Below, one piece after another: positions 60,174 through 64,000 of a stretch of DNA of 64,000 nt (position 1 is its first letter; every line of letters starts with the position of its first letter). The translations under genes were made by a program, and so were the position numbers. The notes under the pieces were generated by a model. It saw only the letters and a program-made list of their open reading frames with translations. It was not told where the DNA came from and did not search any database. The stretch comes from Acidaminococcaceae bacterium (lineage in GTDB: Bacteria; Bacillota; Negativicutes; Acidaminococcales; Acidaminococcaceae). The DNA lies in assembly GCA_944390935.1 (NCBI GenBank), contig CALXRU010000008.1, positions 3,148-67,147 on the forward strand, given 5' to 3'.

Positions 60174-60749
60174 TTACCAGCCGACGCCAACCCATGGGCC
60201 GTGGTGATGTCCGCCGCCAATGCCGATACCGATGCCGATCGGGATGCGCCAGCCACCGCTGCCGTCATCTTCGTCCAGCTTCATGAACCAGAATTTGTAA
60301 GCGGTGCTGCCATCGGGCAAAGTGGCGTTTTCTTCAATGCCGCCGGTAATGCGGTAGCCGTAATATTTGCGTCCGGATTTTTCGCGGCTCTGGATAAATT
60401 TGGTCAGGTAGTTGTAAATTTCTTCGTTGTTGGTGGTAAGGTGGTTAACGCGCTCGGCCGGTGCTTTTTTAAACAAATCGCGGCGCGTGTCGTCGTCCTT
60501 TACGTCAATTTTATAGGCAATGTACTTGCCTTCTTCAATTTCCAGGTAGCAGTTATCGTTAACGCCAGCCAGCAAAGCCTGTTCTACGTCCTCGGCGTCA
60601 AGCAGCACTTTGATGTCGTTTTGTTTTTCGTCCTGCTGTTCTTTCGTAGCAGCTGGAGCTTTGGCTTCGGCAGTTTCTTTTGCTTCTTCCGCAAAGGCGG
60701 TATTAAAAAGGCACAGTGTTAAGCAGAAAATTAAAAAGATTTTTTTCAT
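60174..60749 (-). CDS. Hypothetical secreted protein with Gly/Ile-rich C-terminal beta-hairpin
   Basis: Signal peptide ending AFA; C-terminus GWRIPIGIGIGIGGGHHHGPWVGVGW. Confidence 0.75.
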   Translation of the reverse strand: MKKIFLIFCLTLCLFNTAFAEEAKETAEAKAPAATKEQQDEKQNDIKVLLDAEDVEQALLAGVNDNCYLEIEEGKYIAYKIDVKDDDTRRDLFKKAPAERVNHLTTNNEEIYNYLTKFIQSREKSGRKYYGYRITGGIEENATLPDGSTAYKFWFMKLDEDDGSGGWRIPIGIGIGIGGGHHHGPWVGVGW

Positions 60750-60942
60750 AGGCGCACCTTCTTTCTTAATTTAATTTTAAAATAATGGTTTTGGCCTGTC
60801 AAATAATAAAAATCGGGACAAGTTTCATCCCACTGCGGTTTTACTTAAATTTTTCTGATAACTTGGCGCGGAAAATATTCAATTTCTGTAACAAATGTGT
60901 TAAAATTACTTTAAATACTGATTAAGTTTAGGATGTGACGAA

Positions 60943-62403
60943 ATGGATTTTATCAAAGAGGCGGACGTCGTTGTTGTTGGCGGCGGCGTTGTCGGCTGCG
61001 CTATTTTGCGCGAGCTGAGCAAGTATGATGTAAAATGCGTTTTGCTGGAAAAAGAACCGGATGTTGCCTGCGGCACGACCAAGGCTAACAGTGCTATCCT
61101 GCATGCAGGTTTTGACGCACCGACCGGAAGCAACAAGGCGATTATGAATGTGTTGGGCAACCGTCTGTACCATCAGCTGGAGGACGAGCTGGACCTTGAC
61201 ATTAAATGGACCGGTTCGCTGGTTGTTGCAACTAACGATGAAGAAGTTGAAACCTTGAAAGAGCTGCTGGAACGCGGCAAAAACAACGGCGTGCCCGATC
61301 TGGCAATTTTAAACCGTGAAGAAGTGCTGGCTAAAGAGCCGAACCTTACCACTGCCGTTGCCGCACTGTGGGCGCCGACTGCCGGTGTTTGCTGGCCGTT
61401 TGAGGCTGCGCTGCGTTTTGCCCAGTGCGCTATGCAGAACGGTGCTGAAGTTATCCGTAACTGCCGTGTAACCGGTTTTGTTAAGGAAGACGGCAAAATT
61501 ATAGCCGTTGAAACCAATCTCGGCGTTATTAAAACCAAATGCGTTGTTAACGCTGCCGGTGTTTATGCCGATGAAATTGCGCATCTTGCCGGTGACGACA
61601 GCTTTAAAATCCATCCCCGCAAGGGCGAATACATTTTGTTTGATAAAACTGTCTGCAATGATTTGGTGTACGGCGTTGTTTTCCCGACGCCTGCCAAAAA
61701 TTCCAAAGGCATTCTGGTTTGCACCACTACGCACGGCAACACCTTTATCGGGCCTAACGCCAACGATATGGACGATAAGGAAGATACCAGCGTTACCGCG
61801 CCGGGCATGGACCAGATTATTGCTTCGGCACGCAAGCTGATACCGAACCTGCCGATGGGCGCTGCTATTACCGAATTTGCCGGTCTGCGCGCCGTATCGG
61901 ACAACGGCGATTTTGTTCTGGGCGCTTCCTGCGTTGAAGGGTTGTTTAACGCTGCCGGCATGCAGTCCCCGGGCTTGACTGCTGCGCCTGCCGTTGCGGA
62001 AGAAATTGCCGAAGCAGTTGCCAAATACCTGCCGATGAATAAAAAGGCAGATTTTAAGGCTGCTTTGCCAAAACAAGTTCATTTTACGAGGCTTACCGAC
62101 AGCGAAAAGGCTGATTTGATTGCGAAAGAGCCGCTGTTCGGGCGTGTTATCTGCCGCTGCGAAACCGTTACCGAAGGCGAAATTGTGGCTGCTATTAAAG
62201 CGCCGTGCGGAGCAACGACGGTTGACGCCGTTAAACGCCGTACCCGCGCCGGTATGGGACGCTGCCAGGGTGGTTTCTGCGGCCCGCGCGTAACGCAGAT
62301 TCTGGCGCGCGAGCTTGGCATTTCCGTAGCAGACGTGCTGAAAGAACGCAAGGATTCGCATTTATATTATGAAAAAACTGACGTGAAAGGCGGGCAGGAG
62401 TAA
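60943..62403 (+). CDS. FAD-dependent oxidoreductase (GlpA/LhgO-like) with C-terminal BFD-like [2Fe-2S] domain
   Basis: GGGVVG, TKANSAILHAG, RKGEY, SPGLTAAPA, CRCE...KRRTRAGMGRCQGGFC. Confidence 0.88.
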   Translation: MDFIKEADVVVVGGGVVGCAILRELSKYDVKCVLLEKEPDVACGTTKANSAILHAGFDAPTGSNKAIMNVLGNRLYHQLEDELDLDIKWTGSLVVATNDEEVETLKELLERGKNNGVPDLAILNREEVLAKEPNLTTAVAALWAPTAGVCWPFEAALRFAQCAMQNGAEVIRNCRVTGFVKEDGKIIAVETNLGVIKTKCVVNAAGVYADEIAHLAGDDSFKIHPRKGEYILFDKTVCNDLVYGVVFPTPAKNSKGILVCTTTHGNTFIGPNANDMDDKEDTSVTAPGMDQIIASARKLIPNLPMGAAITEFAGLRAVSDNGDFVLGASCVEGLFNAAGMQSPGLTAAPAVAEEIAEAVAKYLPMNKKADFKAALPKQVHFTRLTDSEKADLIAKEPLFGRVICRCETVTEGEIVAAIKAPCGATTVDAVKRRTRAGMGRCQGGFCGPRVTQILARELGISVADVLKERKDSHLYYEKTDVKGGQE

Positions 62404-63677
62404 TGAAAGAGCTTAAAGACCTTTATGATATAGTAATTGTCGGCGGCGGTCCTGCCGGGCTTTCGGCTGCTTACAGCGCATGGCAGAACGGCGCTAAGAG
62501 CGTTTTGGTAATTGAGCGCGACCGCGAGCTGGGTGGCATTTTGCAGCAGTGCATCCACAACGGTTTCGGCCTGCACCATTTTAAAGAGGAGCTGACCGGA
62601 CCGGGCTATGCCCACCGCTGCATTGAACTTGTAAAAGATAAATCGGAAATTGAATGCCTGACTGATACGATGGTTTTGAGCGTTGAAAAAGACAAAACCG
62701 TCGTTGCCGTAAGCCCCGACCACGGTTTGATTAAAGTTAAGGGCAAAACCGTTATTTTAACAATGGGCTGCCGCGAACGTACCCGCGGCGCTATCCGCAT
62801 TCCGGGCGAACGCCCCGCAGGCGTATTTACCGCCGGTGCGGCACAGCGCATGGTTAACATGGAAGGTTACATCCCCGGGCATAAAATTGTTATTCTGGGC
62901 AGCGGCGATATCGGCCTTATCATGGCGCGCCGCATGAGCCTTGAAGGCTGCAAGGTGCAGGCAGTGCTGGAAATCTGCCCGTTCTCCAACGGCTTGACCC
63001 GCAATATTGTACAATGCCTGAACGATTATAATATTCCTTTGTATCTTTCCCATACAATTGTAAAAATCCACGGTAAGGACCGCGTTAACGGCATTACCGT
63101 TGCTAAGGTTGATGAAAAAATGCGCCCGATTCCGGGTACGGAATTTGACATCGACTGCGATACCGTATTGCTTTCCGTCGGCCTGATTCCGGAAAACGAA
63201 CTCAGCCGCGGGCTGGATTTAAAAATGCACCCGCTGACCAACGGCCCGGTTGTTGACCAGCACCGTCAGACCAGCCTGCCCGGTTTTTATGCCGCAGGCA
63301 ATGTTGTGCATGTGCATGACCTGGTTGACTTTGTATCCGAGGAAGCGGAGATTGCCGGTAAATTTGCCGCGCTGGAGGCACAGGGCAAGCTGGACGGCAA
63401 CACCAAATTTGTTACCGTAACTGCCGAAAAAGGCGTGCGTACCTGCGTGCCGCAGTGCCTGAACCTGCCGGAAGCAGGCGAACAGGTGCGCCTGTTCATG
63501 CGTGTGGCTAACCCCGAGCGCAAGGTGAAGCTGGTGGTAAAAAGCGGCGATAATGTAATCCTGCAAAGAATGCTGCCGGTTGCCAAACCGAGCGAGATGA
63601 TTGCGGTGGATATCCCTGCTGCCAAAACTGAGCTTATCGGCAGCAGCCTGACGGTATTTTTGGATAAGGAGGCGTAA
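62403..63677 (+). CDS. NAD(P)/FAD pyridine nucleotide-disulfide oxidoreductase subunit
   Basis: GGGPAG, GGILQQCIHNGFG, GCRER, GSGDIG, GNVVHVHDLVD. Confidence 0.88.
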   Translation: MKELKDLYDIVIVGGGPAGLSAAYSAWQNGAKSVLVIERDRELGGILQQCIHNGFGLHHFKEELTGPGYAHRCIELVKDKSEIECLTDTMVLSVEKDKTVVAVSPDHGLIKVKGKTVILTMGCRERTRGAIRIPGERPAGVFTAGAAQRMVNMEGYIPGHKIVILGSGDIGLIMARRMSLEGCKVQAVLEICPFSNGLTRNIVQCLNDYNIPLYLSHTIVKIHGKDRVNGITVAKVDEKMRPIPGTEFDIDCDTVLLSVGLIPENELSRGLDLKMHPLTNGPVVDQHRQTSLPGFYAAGNVVHVHDLVDFVSEEAEIAGKFAALEAQGKLDGNTKFVTVTAEKGVRTCVPQCLNLPEAGEQVRLFMRVANPERKVKLVVKSGDNVILQRMLPVAKPSEMIAVDIPAAKTELIGSSLTVFLDKEA

Positions 63678-63682
63678 GGCTG

Positions 63683-64000
63683 ATGTCTGAAACTCGTGTA
63701 ATGAACTGCATTATGTGCCCGATGGGCTGCGAAATGACTGTTACCATAGATGACGGCAAGGTTGTTGACGTTAAGGGCAACACCTGCCCGCGCGGCGCTA
63801 AATACGCGCATGATGAAGTAACGGCGCCGAAAAGGATGCTGACCACGACCGTGCGTGTTGAAGGCGGTATGCTGCCGCTTTTGCCGGTAGTATCCGAAAC
63901 CGTACTGCCGAAGGAGAAAGTGCTGGACTGCGCTGCTTACCTGCGCGGCGTAACCGTTAAAGCGCCGGTAAAAACAGGCGACGTGATTGTTGAAGATATT
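63683..64000 (+). CDS. DUF1667 Cys-motif protein, runs off the window end
   Basis: Manual translation MSETRVMNCIMCPMGC...GNTCPRG...PKRMLTTTV...; AAGGAGG RBS; usual third gene of this oxidoreductase operon. Confidence 0.85.
   Translation, partial: MSETRVMNCIMCPMGCEMTVTIDDGKVVDVKGNTCPRGAKYAHDEVTAPKRMLTTTVRVEGGMLPLLPVVSETVLPKEKVLDCAAYLRGVTVKAPVKTGDVIVEDI

Noticed and set aside
58717-60195. 492-aa antisense ORF (likewise 19983-21053, 30730-31638, 53925-54776, 61309-62361, 23239-24084)
   Set aside because: Each lies opposite a well-conserved gene, has no recognisable motif, and is best explained as a shadow frame produced by codon bias.

Overview
A 64-kb chromosomal segment spanning the replication origin of a diderm Firmicute. 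The Firmicute-type origin gene order, an outer-membrane autotransporter and DcuC suggest class Negativicutes, probably Acidaminococcaceae/Phascolarctobacterium-like (inference). The right half is the conserved origin neighbourhood: parB-parA...noc-rsmG-mnmG-mnmE-jag-yidC-yidD-rnpA-rpmH, then divergent dnaA-[oriC]-dnaN-yaaA-recF-dciA-remB-gyrB-(3 inserted genes)-gyrA. It carries two parS sites, one near-consensus Noc-binding site, DnaA boxes and DnaA-trios. The left half holds housekeeping and accessory genes: Fe-ADH, UDG, a ThrE pair, tRNA-Arg(CCU), reverse rubrerythrin, a znuABC-type transporter, pncA, a CPA2 antiporter, an autotransporter, purC, a PepSY protein with an OmpR-type two-component system, an Fe3+/AfuABC-like ABC transporter, MntR, CbiK, DcuC, peptidases and a MATE pump. 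I found no mobile element, CRISPR array or recognisable defence system. The most unusual signals are: an autotransporter with a low-GC passenger and an intrinsic terminator in its 5' leader; a CiaR-like promoter geometry with tandem palindromes at the PepSY gene; a membrane-anchored Lar-like Zn-ribbon gene in the core origin region; two small secreted proteins with beta-signal-like C-termini; a Zn-ribbon-extended DciA; and an apparently monopartite oriC with a distal DnaA-box cluster. Family assignments come from motif recognition, not database searches.
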